DNA of 64,000 nucleotides from an uncultured Pseudobdellovibrionaceae bacterium (GTDB lineage Bacteria > Bdellovibrionota > Bdellovibrionia > Bdellovibrionales > UBA1609). The DNA lies in NCBI GenBank assembly GCA_963803705.1, contig CAWDNU010000002.1:177980-241979 (forward strand). The letters run 5' to 3'. The position numbers and the translations under genes are program-made. The notes below the pieces were generated by a model, which made no database searches, was not told the DNA's origin, and saw only the letters and a program-made list of their open reading frames with translations. This document shows, piece by piece, positions 9,018-18,928 of this stretch. Within the stretch, counting starts at the first letter, position 1, and every line of letters starts with the position of its first letter.

Positions 9018-10001
9018 ATGAAGTATAAATGTTTAGTAGCAAATCAAGAAAAAAAATTCTGTGTTGTAGAATCTAAAGACACAACCTCAATAAATTTGAG
9101 CGACGGTGACCTAATTATTAAGTCTATGTATAGCGGGATTAATTATAAAGACGCTTTAGGGGTAACGTTTAGTGCTCCAATTTTTAAAAAAAAAAGTCTT
9201 ACACCAGGCATAGACGTTGCCGGCCGGGTCTTTCAATCTAAGTCCAGGTTGTTCAGTGAGGGTGACCTAGTATTGGTAAACGGCATGGGTCTAGGTGAGT
9301 CCTATGATGGAGGCTTTTCAGAATACGTTAAAGTGGACCAAAGCTCAGTAATTAGTTTACCAAAAGGTTTATCCGCTAAAGAAGCCATGGCTTTAGGGAC
9401 CTCGGGGTTCACGGCAGCGCTAGCAGTAGAAAGAATGATTTCAAATGGTCAAACATTTGAGAAAGGCCCGATCATTGTATCGGGTGCTACCGGTGGGGTG
9501 GGGCAATTCGCAATTCAAATACTGAATCGATTAGGATTTTTAGTAGAAGCCGTAACTTCAAGGCCTCAGTATATTGCTGAGCTGGAAGCCTTAGGTGCTC
9601 ATCATGTAAGTCTTTTAGAAGAGCACTTAACATTCACCAAACCCTTAGAAGGTGTAATCTGGGGTGGGGCTATTGATAGCTTAGGCGGCCAATTTCTTCA
9701 GAATACTTTACCTAAAGTTCAATTGTGGGGAAACGTGGCCTCAATCGGCATGGCACTAGATAGTGAATTTAAGTCTTCTGTGATGCCGTTTATCCTTCGT
9801 GGAGTAAGCCTGCTGGGTGCAAGCTCAAACAATTGTTCAATGGATTTAAGACAAAAAATCTGGTGCAGACTTGCTACCGATTGGAAGCCTGCTTTATTAG
9901 CGCAGACAATCAATAGTGAAGTCACTTTAGAGGATATTGTAGATGTGTCGAAAAAACTTATCGGGCACATTCATTTCGGAAAAACCATTGTCAAATTTTA
10001 A
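9018..10001 (+). CDS. YhdH/AcuI-family NADPH oxidoreductase (MDR superfamily)
   Basis: YSGINYKDAL, PGIDVAG, GTSGFTAAL, VSGATGGVG, VMPFILRGVSLLG. ATG 9018 is preferred because the longer GTG start lies inside the tandem repeat. Confidence 0.88.
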   Translation: MKYKCLVANQEKKFCVVESKDTTSINLSDGDLIIKSMYSGINYKDALGVTFSAPIFKKKSLTPGIDVAGRVFQSKSRLFSEGDLVLVNGMGLGESYDGGFSEYVKVDQSSVISLPKGLSAKEAMALGTSGFTAALAVERMISNGQTFEKGPIIVSGATGGVGQFAIQILNRLGFLVEAVTSRPQYIAELEALGAHHVSLLEEHLTFTKPLEGVIWGGAIDSLGGQFLQNTLPKVQLWGNVASIGMALDSEFKSSVMPFILRGVSLLGASSNNCSMDLRQKIWCRLATDWKPALLAQTINSEVTLEDIVDVSKKLIGHIHFGKTIVKF

Positions 10002-10229
10002 GTTTTTTGGAAGTGAAGTTAATTTTGATTGAATATCTTGCTGCTCAGATGAATTATTCAAGTTTGTTACAAAAAGTCAGTTCGTTTACGATCGTGTAAA
10101 ATTTTCTACCTAAATTAAGTCTAGGACAAAGCATGATATATTGCTGTCATCTTTTTTAAGCAAAGGATCAGATTGGTAAACGTTAAGTTTGGATTAAAAA
10201 TTAACTACAGATTAAAGAACATATTCTAT

Positions 10230-11087
10230 ATGTTTATAGCTATTTTTTTCAACCATTTTATGCCTTTAGTTTTTCAATCAAATTTTGTTTTTGCTACGAC
10301 TTGTAGCGAAGCGCTGTCTGGCAAACCAAGGCTCACCAGTTCGTGGACCTTGCATAGACCACAAAAAGATTTCAAATCCTATCAAATAAAACCTGGTGAA
10401 TTTATTCACGGTACTAGTGCACAAGTTATTGCTCGGGCAATAGAAAGTGGGGCGATCCATGGCAGGTCAGCGTCGGAATTCACAGCAGCCATTAGCCGTT
10501 ATTCCAACGGTGAGTTGGCTTTTGACTCAAGATTAATTTATGTTCATAGAGCATTGCAAGCTTCAGAAAAATCCCTGCAAGAACACGATCAAAATCCGAA
10601 CTTAGTGATTAGTCCAGATAAAGAGCTTAGATCGTCTATCGGGTATGCCGAGAATGTAGCGCTTGGTCACTCTTTTGCTGACCTGTTGAATGTCGACTGG
10701 GCTAATTTAAATATTTTTTTGTCCAATGACTTAGTTTCAATCCGAAGGGATGAGATGTCTTTTGAATGGCTTATAGATCAAAATCCTGAAAACTTGGCTA
10801 CTCGGACTATTATAGAAACTATCATGAAAGGTAAAACAGATGATGACATCGATGAAATAATCAGACGCGCACCCCTATACAAAGGCGTGATAGTTATATT
10901 TAAAAATACAGTAGCAGAAAAATATAATATTTTACCCGACCCAGAAACAGAAACTGAAAGAGGCGCAATCTTAGCAAGCAAATCAGGAGTTTCGTTGAGC
11001 CAGGTAGACCGAATCTATCCTTTGTCTTGGAACGATTACTATTTAGTTGAAAATGCACTTAACAAAGCAAGAAGCACTTTAAAATAA
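10230..11087 (+). CDS. Secreted hypothetical protein, possible ADP-ribosyltransferase fold
   Basis: Signal-like N-terminus ending VFA-TTCSEAL; FIHGTS...I..G, IYV and GYA motifs; start uncertain (10173/10230/10260). Confidence 0.55.
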   Translation: MFIAIFFNHFMPLVFQSNFVFATTCSEALSGKPRLTSSWTLHRPQKDFKSYQIKPGEFIHGTSAQVIARAIESGAIHGRSASEFTAAISRYSNGELAFDSRLIYVHRALQASEKSLQEHDQNPNLVISPDKELRSSIGYAENVALGHSFADLLNVDWANLNIFLSNDLVSIRRDEMSFEWLIDQNPENLATRTIIETIMKGKTDDDIDEIIRRAPLYKGVIVIFKNTVAEKYNILPDPETETERGAILASKSGVSLSQVDRIYPLSWNDYYLVENALNKARSTLK

Positions 11088-11206
11088 GACATTAAACAAA
11101 AACGGGTGATCATCTTGCAGGACAACAATTTATAAAATGTGTTTGAGCTTCCATGATTTTTGCCTACAATATAAATTGCTATTTTAAATTCGACTTTTAT
11201 TAAATT

Positions 11207-11389
11207 TAGGGCCTGTGGAAGATTCATCTAGGTTTTAAATGCTTTAGATTCAATTGAAGTTGTTTTAAGCGCAGACTGAGGTTTTTGAAGTGTAGCAATA
11301 GCTACATCGAAAAAAGTGAAGGCGAGCACAAAACAAATTCTTTTAAAGATGAAGTAGTAAAAACCTAGATGAATCTTCCACAAGCCCTA
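11207..11389. mobile_element. MITE-like element with long terminal inverted repeats and TA flanks
   Basis: 11204-11236 ATTTAGGGCCTGTGGAAGATTCATCTAGGTTTT is the reverse complement of 11360-11392 with one mismatch; internal TGTAGC-AATA-GCTACA hairpin; no ORF. Confidence 0.8.
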
Positions 11390-11443
11390 AATCAATGAAA
11401 TTTAATACGTGTTAACATTATGACGTCTAGCGGGGGCTTTACT

Positions 11444-11941
11444 ATGAAGTTTTATTTTGCACTAGTTATTACATTCAGTTTATTTTCTATTTCTACTAAT
11501 GCTAAAAATTACAGGCATTTAATCGAGGGCGCTTTTGAATTAAGTAGTCTAAAGTTTGATAATAACCGTGGGTCATCTTCTAGTTTCGACATAAATGTGA
11601 ATTACTGGCACAAGTATTCAAGAAAGCTCTATTTAGTAGGTAATTTTGAATTCATAGACGATGACTTAAGAGGTGACGGCCACCTGTTTGCAGGTGGTGC
11701 AGCTTACAATATGGCTGACAACACCGGTGGGGATTTTGAAATCGGACCAGGATTTAGATTTGGACTAATCTCATTGGGTGACGAAAGTGGCTTTCTATTT
11801 GGCCCATATCTGTTTGTCAGAAACTACTTTAGGGGGACTCGCGCATTTATAAATTTTGAGTTGAGTTACAATTTCGCCTTTATGGATGACACCGACTTCA
11901 GAGGCTTTGTATCTACAGTAGCCCTGGGTATAGCTTTTTAA
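11444..11941 (+). CDS. Small outer-membrane beta-barrel protein
   Basis: Signal peptide (..TNA), aromatic/Gly-rich beta-strands, C-terminal LGIAF; GGGGG RBS before ATG 11444. Confidence 0.7.
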   Translation: MKFYFALVITFSLFSISTNAKNYRHLIEGAFELSSLKFDNNRGSSSSFDINVNYWHKYSRKLYLVGNFEFIDDDLRGDGHLFAGGAAYNMADNTGGDFEIGPGFRFGLISLGDESGFLFGPYLFVRNYFRGTRAFINFELSYNFAFMDDTDFRGFVSTVALGIAF

Positions 11942-12041
11942 GTTAAAACAGTTATCTAAGCCTATCCTATAGCTTATATTTATTCTGCTTTAAGAAACTT
12001 TTAATCAAGCTCATTGTTAATAGATATAGCAGGAGAAAATA

Positions 12042-12644
12042 ATGAAAAAAATTACTCTTATTTTATTTATCTTATTCACAAGTTTACTTGCCCAAGCTCA
12101 GCCTGACTTTTATTTTAAAGCTGCAGCAGGACCAAATTGGCAGAGCTCATCAGATTTTTTAGGCGCTAATGTAAGTTTTGATCCAAGATTTATTGGTACA
12201 TTCGCGCTTTCAGCCGGCGTTCAAGTTAATTCATTTTTTGGCTCAGAAATTGAGCTTAGTTATCGATCTGCGAACATAGACGATATAGATCGCATGCCGT
12301 GGTTTGGTGATCTTAGTTCGTCTGCCCTTATGTTTAATGCTGTAGGCAGATTGCCTATCATACCCGGTTTGTACGCCACTCTCGGCGGAGGAGTAGGATT
12401 TTTAAGTGCTGAGCTTTACGATTCAGACTCTGATGAGTACGCAGATGGATCAAGTTTTGCCTCTCAATTTATGGTTGGCCTTGAAATGGAATTTGCAGAT
12501 AATGTAAATTTCTATATAGAGTACAAGCAAATAGCAGCAATCGATCTAGAGCTAAATGGATTTGATTCAGTGTCTGGACCATTTGAAGAAGATTTGTCCT
12601 ATACTAATGGCTCTGTCTTGATTGGTGGGAAGGTAACTTTTTAA
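12042..12644 (+). CDS. Outer-membrane beta-barrel protein (OmpA-TM/opacity-like)
   Basis: Signal peptide AQA, EIELSYR, YATLGGGVG, FASQFMVG, C-terminal GGKVTF. Confidence 0.8.
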   Translation: MKKITLILFILFTSLLAQAQPDFYFKAAAGPNWQSSSDFLGANVSFDPRFIGTFALSAGVQVNSFFGSEIELSYRSANIDDIDRMPWFGDLSSSALMFNAVGRLPIIPGLYATLGGGVGFLSAELYDSDSDEYADGSSFASQFMVGLEMEFADNVNFYIEYKQIAAIDLELNGFDSVSGPFEEDLSYTNGSVLIGGKVTF

Positions 12645-12707
12645 AATTTTGTTATTTCGGTAGCTGAATAAGGTCAGCTTCAAATTCAAATTGACATTCA
12701 AATTCAC

Positions 12708-13244
12708 TTAAAACAGCTCGTCTTTGTCACCCTTGATAGATCTTGAACCGGAATCTTCGTTAGCCCACCAATTAGAAGTCTTCAGACTTAAATTTGTCTT
12801 TTTGACAAAATCTTCTAATTCGGAATGGTAAAATGTTATAGAATTTGTAGGTGTTTCGTCTATTAGAACAGATTCAGGACGCACGGGGTAATTTTCACAC
12901 ATAGCTGAAGCCTTAATAAAAAATAATGCTGCTATCATTTCAGTGGTAGGGTCACCTGGAAAAGGCAGTCCTCTGAAATTAGGTATATGCTTTTTTAAAG
13001 TAGGTAGAATTGGATCATCACAGTTGTAAAAAAAACTATGATCTGCAACAGAAGTGACAAAGTTCTTCCATCCTTTTTTCAAAACAGCAAAATCTTCGAT
13101 CATATTATTTTCATTCAGATCATCAGTAGATGCTACCAAGTTAAGTGTAGCATGCCATGTGTGCCCATGTGGGGTCGAACACTCCCTTTCGGAAAATACA
13201 AATCTATGCGCGGATTCAAAACGGTACTTAAATGCTATTTTCAT
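12708..13244 (-). CDS. queD: 6-carboxytetrahydropterin synthase (PTPS-I/QueD type)
   Basis: FESAH, C-x3-HGH (CSTPHGH), DF..LK, DH, PTTEMIA, ETP. Confidence 0.75.
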   Translation of the reverse strand: MKIAFKYRFESAHRFVFSERECSTPHGHTWHATLNLVASTDDLNENNMIEDFAVLKKGWKNFVTSVADHSFFYNCDDPILPTLKKHIPNFRGLPFPGDPTTEMIAALFFIKASAMCENYPVRPESVLIDETPTNSITFYHSELEDFVKKTNLSLKTSNWWANEDSGSRSIKGDKDELF

Positions 13245-13701
13245 ACATTGACTCTTGTCCGTGGGTTTCCTTCACGCTGACTTTTAGCCTTGTGATTGTT
13301 TTTGGTAGCTTGGGCTTCATCTGGTTCCAAAACCAATAAGCTAAGTTTTCACAGGTTATGTTGCTTAAAGGCAATATTTTGACATCACTATGGGGCAAGC
13401 TATATCTTTTATCGTTCCATGCACAGTCAACCTGCTGGCCATTTTGTACCACATTTAAATATGGGTTTTTACTTGGAATCAGCACATACTCGTCAAGCTC
13501 TTGAGATAAAGCAAATGCCATCTCTTTAAGTGGCCTCATGTCCATTGCAAAACCAAGCTCGTCGCATGCTTCGGTTTCAACTTCGATAGACACATAGTAG
13601 TTGTGACCGTGTAGTTTTTCTGCTTCCGTGGCGCTAAAAATTGTGAAGTGAGCTGAAGAAAATTTGATTCTATCTTTTTCAATTTTAATCCTAAAGGCCA
13701 T
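13228..13701 (-). CDS. PTPS-family T-fold protein with PTPS-III signature
   Basis: FSSAHF, E-x2-HGH (EKLHGHNY), NITCENLA, VKET; ATG 13701 preferred as start. Confidence 0.75.
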   Translation of the reverse strand: MAFRIKIEKDRIKFSSAHFTIFSATEAEKLHGHNYYVSIEVETEACDELGFAMDMRPLKEMAFALSQELDEYVLIPSKNPYLNVVQNGQQVDCAWNDKRYSLPHSDVKILPLSNITCENLAYWFWNQMKPKLPKTITRLKVSVKETHGQESMYENSI

Positions 13702-13859
13702 AGACGTTCGTACCAAATCTGGCTGAAACGTCAATAATATCAAAGCAAATAATCGCCGGGGTCATAGCCTTGGAACTTCGTAAGGCTGTACAATGTACAA
13801 ATCCCAAGAACAGTCAAACGAACGTGTCATAATGAAACAGTCAAAGGCGCTATCAAGGC

Positions 13860-13887
13860 TTAAGGTAGAAGCATTTCATTCCGATAC
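13860..13887 (+). promoter_or_regulatory. Putative sigma28 (FliA)-type promoter
   Basis: TTAAG-N15-TCCGATAC upstream of the 13920 ORF; consensus is TAAAG-N15-GCCGATAA. Confidence 0.35.
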
Positions 13888-13919
13888 AAATCTATATGTA
13901 ATTTCGTCGGAGGACCTGC

Positions 13920-14942
13920 TTGAAGCTAGTATCTTTGTTTATTAACTCTTCAAAATTAAAACTGGTTTTGATGCTGCTGCTAATAACCAATTCTTCATTT
14001 GGCGCATGGACTGCCATTATCAACTCGTCTGAAAAAGCTGATAAGTCATCTGCCGCTTTAATGGCTAAAACCAAGGATGTTAGAGTAAGTGATATTATAA
14101 ATTTATCAGAGCCGTTGATGTCATCTGGCGAATTTGAAAAATTAGTTAAAAAAAGTAAGAAAGCTAAAAACTTGAAGATAGATAGCATCATGCACGGTAA
14201 TAATTTCTTCTATCTTCATGCTGGTCCCATAAGAGTTGTATTTAAATGGATAGATAAAGAAAATATTGCATACAAAATAAATGGTCACTCGTTTACTTAT
14301 AAAGAAGCAGCTAGAACTGAATTGTGGCAGAAAAAAATTATTGAAGTGGTAAAAAAATATCAGGGTGAAGGGCAGGCATTCACCCCACAAGAGGCCGAAT
14401 TTTTTAGGATTAGCTACGAATCAAGTTTAGGCTCCTCGTATTTTTTAAATCTTGGACGTACGATGTCTTCGATGTTAATAATGCCCTTGTTCTTTCAGGC
14501 AAATTTGGCAAGCGCATTCCAAATAGATTGGGGTAGTAAGTGGACATGGACAGCAATTGGTGTGGCTGTGGTTGCACTTGTCGCTAACCATATTTATAGA
14601 AATCACAAAAAAGAGCATAAATCTAAAAAGTCTAAAATTACATCAAGACTGTCATCTGCTCGGACGAATTTGAAAGCGGCCCAAGATCGTGGCGAAGTAA
14701 ACCTGTCTTCGTACCAAAAAGAAGTTTTTGATCTAGAAAACCTTCAAGCTGAATACGAGCAGTCATCTGATGTTGGTTTTTTTGGCTTCTTATTTGGTAG
14801 CAGGATGAAAGAGCCAAGCATGTATCGCACCATAATGTCCCGACCAGGTGTAGAAACTGGTACAACTGGCACTGGTGTTCCAGGAGCGCCCACTGCTCCG
14901 CCGACTTTCACGCCAAAGTCATCTTCAGAGGGCACGTTTTAA
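13920..14942 (+). CDS. Hypothetical exported/membrane protein
   Basis: GGAGG RBS, signal peptide, one internal TM helix, Pro/Thr/Gly-rich tail. Confidence 0.65.
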   Translation: MKLVSLFINSSKLKLVLMLLLITNSSFGAWTAIINSSEKADKSSAALMAKTKDVRVSDIINLSEPLMSSGEFEKLVKKSKKAKNLKIDSIMHGNNFFYLHAGPIRVVFKWIDKENIAYKINGHSFTYKEAARTELWQKKIIEVVKKYQGEGQAFTPQEAEFFRISYESSLGSSYFLNLGRTMSSMLIMPLFFQANLASAFQIDWGSKWTWTAIGVAVVALVANHIYRNHKKEHKSKKSKITSRLSSARTNLKAAQDRGEVNLSSYQKEVFDLENLQAEYEQSSDVGFFGFLFGSRMKEPSMYRTIMSRPGVETGTTGTGVPGAPTAPPTFTPKSSSEGTF

Positions 14943-15087
14943 GTTAAATTAAGACCCACGTAGGTCAAATTTGACTTTGCCTACGGTATATTCAGTTTAG
15001 CCATTTAGCCTTACGCGCCTGCACCTGCATCCAATTCTTTTTTATTATATGAATACATATTGATAATCACAATATGGAGAAGAATTT

Positions 15088-17745
15088 ATGGCTGAGTTTT
15101 CAGGTGCAAAAAAAACGTTAAAAGTGGACTCTTTAGAAGGTGTTTACTACGATTTAAATGCTGTTAACAATTTCGGAGATATCTCAAAGTTACCTTTTAC
15201 GTTAAAGGTTCTATTAGAAAACCTGTTAAGACATCAAGAACATTCTGCTGTGACAGACGCACATATTAAATCCCTTGCCACATGGACTGAACGAAAAACC
15301 TCTGAAGATGAAATTCCATTCTTTCCCTCTAGGGTTTTAATGCAAGATTTCACGGGTGTTCCCGCTGTCGTTGATTTGGCGGCCATGCGCGAAGGAGTAA
15401 AGTCTTTAGGTGGTGATCCAAGTGTAATAAACCCCCTTGTACCTGTAGATCTTGTGATTGATCACTCAGTTATGGTTGATTATTCAGGAACTCCAGAGGC
15501 TTTTGAAAAAAATATGGCAGTCGAATTTGAAAGAAATGCTGAGCGCTACGAATTTTTAAAATGGGGTCAAGAAACTTTCGACAACTTTAGAGTGGTCCCT
15601 CCGGGGACAGGCATTTGTCACCAAGTGAATGTAGAATATTTAGCACCCGTAGTAGGGACAAGAAAAGTTAAGGGTGAGACCCAGTTTTTCCCTGACACTT
15701 TATTTGGGACTGATAGCCACACGACAATGGTTAACGGCTTAGCAGTTCTGGGCTGGGGCGTTGGAGGTATAGAGGCAGAAGCGGCAATGCTAGGTAAACC
15801 TACGTCAATCTTAATCCCTGAAGTCGTTGGTTTTGAACTTACGGGTCAGCTTGCAGAAGGTGCAACAGCTACTGATTTAGTGCTGACCATTACTCAGATG
15901 CTTCGAAAAAAAGGTGTTGTAGGTAAGTTCGTTGAATTCTGCGGCGAGGGTTTAGCCACGCTGCCGCTTGCAGACAGGCTAACAATAGCAAATATGTCAC
16001 CCGAGTTTGGTTCGACCTGTGGATTTTTCCCGATCGATGAAGAGACAATAAAATACCTTAAGCTAACAGCAAGACCTAGTGATCAAATTGAACTGGTAGA
16101 AGCTTACGCGAAAAAACAAGGGCTGTGGCGCGTACCTGGCCAAAATCCTGAATTTACGACTATGTTAAAATTAAATTTAAGTGATGTAGTTCCTAGTATA
16201 TCTGGCCCTAAGCGACCGCAAGATAAAGTTGAACTGAAGACTGCAGACTCTGCTTTTGAAACGGCTTTAAGCAGTGTATTCAAGGTCCCCCAAGCTAGAA
16301 GCTTTCCAGTTGAAGGAAAAGATTACTCACTTACCACAGGGGACGTTGTAATCGCGGCTATTACTAGTTGCACAAACACATCTAATCCTTCTGTGATGGT
16401 AGCTGCCGGACTTGTGGCTCAGAAGGCTGTAGCTAAAGGTTTAAAAGTGAAACCTTGGGTTAAAACTTCTTTAGCGCCTGGATCAAAAGTAGTGACTGAC
16501 TATCTAGAAAAATCTGGTTTACAGACACCCCTTAACAAGATGGGGTTTAATTTAGTCGGCTACGGTTGTACTACGTGTATTGGTAACTCCGGTCCTCTGG
16601 ATCCTGAAATCACGAAGACTATTGAAAAAAATGATATGATTGTAACTTCAGTGCTATCTGGAAATAGAAATTTTGAAGGTAGAATTTCCCCTCATGTACA
16701 AGCCAACTATTTAGCTTCACCACCTTTAGTAGTAGCTTACGCAATTGCTGGATCAATGAGAAAAAATGTTTTAACTGAAGCTTTGGATTTTGATTCCGAT
16801 GGTAATCCAGTGTTTTTGAAAGATATTTGGCCTACTCAAAAAGAAGTTAGTGAAATGGTCGCACGTGTGGTTGGCCCTGAAATGTTTAAATTCAGGTACG
16901 ACAATGTTTTTGAGGGACCTCAAAAATGGCAAGATATCGATGTCACAAAAACTCAGACTTACTCTTGGAATGACAGTAGCACCTATGTTCAAAATCCCCC
17001 CTATTTTGAAGGGCTTACTAAAAACATGTCCGAAATAGATAACATTGAAAACGCCAATGTTCTGGCTTTGTTTGGCGATAGTGTAACTACAGATCATATT
17101 TCACCTGCCGGTTCGATCAAAGCGGCCAGCCCCGCAGGCTCTTATCTTCAATCTAAAAATGTTAACGTGAAAGACTTTAATTCCTTTGGATCTCGACGTG
17201 GTAACCATGAGGTCATGATGAGAGGAACTTTTGCCAACATCAGAATTAAGAATTTAATGTTAGACGGCGTAGAGGGCGGTATGACCAAATTCGTAAAAAC
17301 TGGCGAGAGCATGCCAATCTACGATGCGGCAATGAAATATCAGGAGACAGGCACTCAGCTTGTTGTAATCGCTGGCAAAGAGTATGGCACTGGTAGTTCT
17401 AGAGATTGGGCGGCAAAAGGCACTGCCCTACTAGGGGTCAGAGCTGTTATCGCCGAGAGCTTCGAGCGTATTCATCGATCAAATCTTGCAGGGATGGGGG
17501 TGTTGCCTTTGCAGTTTATGGATGGGGTAACTAGACAGTCGCTTGAAATCACTGGAGAAGAAACTTTTTCAGTCAAGGGACTAACCAGTTTGAATCCTAG
17601 ACAAGAATTTTCAGTCGAGATGACCAGAAAGGATGGCTCTAAGGAAAAATTTAAGGCTCACAGTCGTTTAGATACTTTTGATGATGTCGAAAACTTTAAA
17701 AACGGCGGCATCTTACAGGCCACCATTCGTCAGCTAATCCAGTAG
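15088..17745 (+). CDS. acnA: Aconitate hydratase A
   Basis: RVLMQDFTGVP, DLVIDHSV, GICHQVN, AITSCTNTSNP, GYGCTTCIGNSG, TTDHISPAG, GTGSSRDWAAKG. Confidence 0.98.
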   Translation: MAEFSGAKKTLKVDSLEGVYYDLNAVNNFGDISKLPFTLKVLLENLLRHQEHSAVTDAHIKSLATWTERKTSEDEIPFFPSRVLMQDFTGVPAVVDLAAMREGVKSLGGDPSVINPLVPVDLVIDHSVMVDYSGTPEAFEKNMAVEFERNAERYEFLKWGQETFDNFRVVPPGTGICHQVNVEYLAPVVGTRKVKGETQFFPDTLFGTDSHTTMVNGLAVLGWGVGGIEAEAAMLGKPTSILIPEVVGFELTGQLAEGATATDLVLTITQMLRKKGVVGKFVEFCGEGLATLPLADRLTIANMSPEFGSTCGFFPIDEETIKYLKLTARPSDQIELVEAYAKKQGLWRVPGQNPEFTTMLKLNLSDVVPSISGPKRPQDKVELKTADSAFETALSSVFKVPQARSFPVEGKDYSLTTGDVVIAAITSCTNTSNPSVMVAAGLVAQKAVAKGLKVKPWVKTSLAPGSKVVTDYLEKSGLQTPLNKMGFNLVGYGCTTCIGNSGPLDPEITKTIEKNDMIVTSVLSGNRNFEGRISPHVQANYLASPPLVVAYAIAGSMRKNVLTEALDFDSDGNPVFLKDIWPTQKEVSEMVARVVGPEMFKFRYDNVFEGPQKWQDIDVTKTQTYSWNDSSTYVQNPPYFEGLTKNMSEIDNIENANVLALFGDSVTTDHISPAGSIKAASPAGSYLQSKNVNVKDFNSFGSRRGNHEVMMRGTFANIRIKNLMLDGVEGGMTKFVKTGESMPIYDAAMKYQETGTQLVVIAGKEYGTGSSRDWAAKGTALLGVRAVIAESFERIHRSNLAGMGVLPLQFMDGVTRQSLEITGEETFSVKGLTSLNPRQEFSVEMTRKDGSKEKFKAHSRLDTFDDVENFKNGGILQATIRQLIQ

Positions 17746-17866
17746 GTCAGTGCTTAGGTGCCAGGTTCCGAATGCTGGCTGCACTGCATAGCAAATTGCA
17801 CTCAATATTGACCTGGCGCTTTTAAGCTTGGACGCCTAGAATCTAATACTTTTTCAGCAGGCCCAA

Positions 17867-18703
17867 TTAGTTAATGAGTGTGGAAATGCTTTTTCTAAAA
17901 GTCTGAAAGACGGTAGTCATGCGCTCTATCTGTCCCGGAGTAAATTCTGACATACATCCGTCACCACTATAACCCATAAAGTTTTTGGTAGGATCCAGTC
18001 CCGGATCGTTCGGACAAGAGTCCACTGGAAGCGAGCAACCTAATATAGGTGCCGCCTGGGCTGGCGTATCATCGATCATGTCACCTTCAGCAGAACATTC
18101 GCCTTGAAAGGTATGTAATAGTCCCATCCAGTGACCCGTCTCGTGAATCAGTACTATACCTTCTTTGGAAATTGGACTATCGCCACCTGGCAAACTGTTA
18201 GTTGCAATCACGACTCCATCAAGTTCAGGTTGTGCTCTGTACTGCCAAGGAAAATAAGCCCATCCGCCAAGCTGGATATTTAGGGTCGGAACTATGTATA
18301 CATTCAAAGTGTCACTACCACCTTGCCTTAGCTGGGACTTCATATCGTACTCTAAGCGAGTCATTGGAAAAAGATCAGCTGATGCCCAGCGCTTAGAATT
18401 AACAAAATTTATATTTTTTAATTCAAAGCTGAACCCTGTTAGTGCATATCCATCATTTAAAACATCAATCTGTTTGCGGATTACATCATCAGCAACTTTT
18501 TTTTGTATGACGTGAAAAACAACTGGAATAACTTTTGGCTTAAACGACTCTGTGCTCATAAAGCGAGGTGCGCTACTTACGAGTTTAGTTTTTAAATCTA
18601 TAAAAAATTTTTCAGAAGTATCGACTTCTCCAGTGGCACACATTTCAAATGCATTAGCCTGGCTTGTAAGTAGAAGAATTAAAGATAGTAAAAATAAGCG
18701 CAT
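17867..18703 (-). CDS. Secreted M43 (pappalysin/ulilysin-like) zinc metalloprotease
   Basis: Signal peptide, pro-segment Cys, IPVVFHVI, GWAYFP, HETGHWMGLLHTF, DDTP, Met-turn NFMGY, FTPGQ. Confidence 0.9.
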   Translation of the reverse strand: MRLFLLSLILLLTSQANAFEMCATGEVDTSEKFFIDLKTKLVSSAPRFMSTESFKPKVIPVVFHVIQKKVADDVIRKQIDVLNDGYALTGFSFELKNINFVNSKRWASADLFPMTRLEYDMKSQLRQGGSDTLNVYIVPTLNIQLGGWAYFPWQYRAQPELDGVVIATNSLPGGDSPISKEGIVLIHETGHWMGLLHTFQGECSAEGDMIDDTPAQAAPILGCSLPVDSCPNDPGLDPTKNFMGYSGDGCMSEFTPGQIERMTTVFQTFRKSISTLIN

Positions 18704-18928
18704 AGGACCCCCTCTAAGTGTTTGAATATATTATTGTTTGAAATCAGTTAGCCTTTGGTCAATGCCACACTAAGGTCCTGTCAAAAAAACTATGATGGGA
18801 TAAAAATTGAATTAGGCTTAGCATTTATAAGAAAATCTTATGAGAAAAAACCAGACAATGGTCTTGGTTTTCCAAACCAGGTTTTTTAACGATTGCCGGT
18901 TCTAGTGTGCAGATTAAGCTTCAAGACT

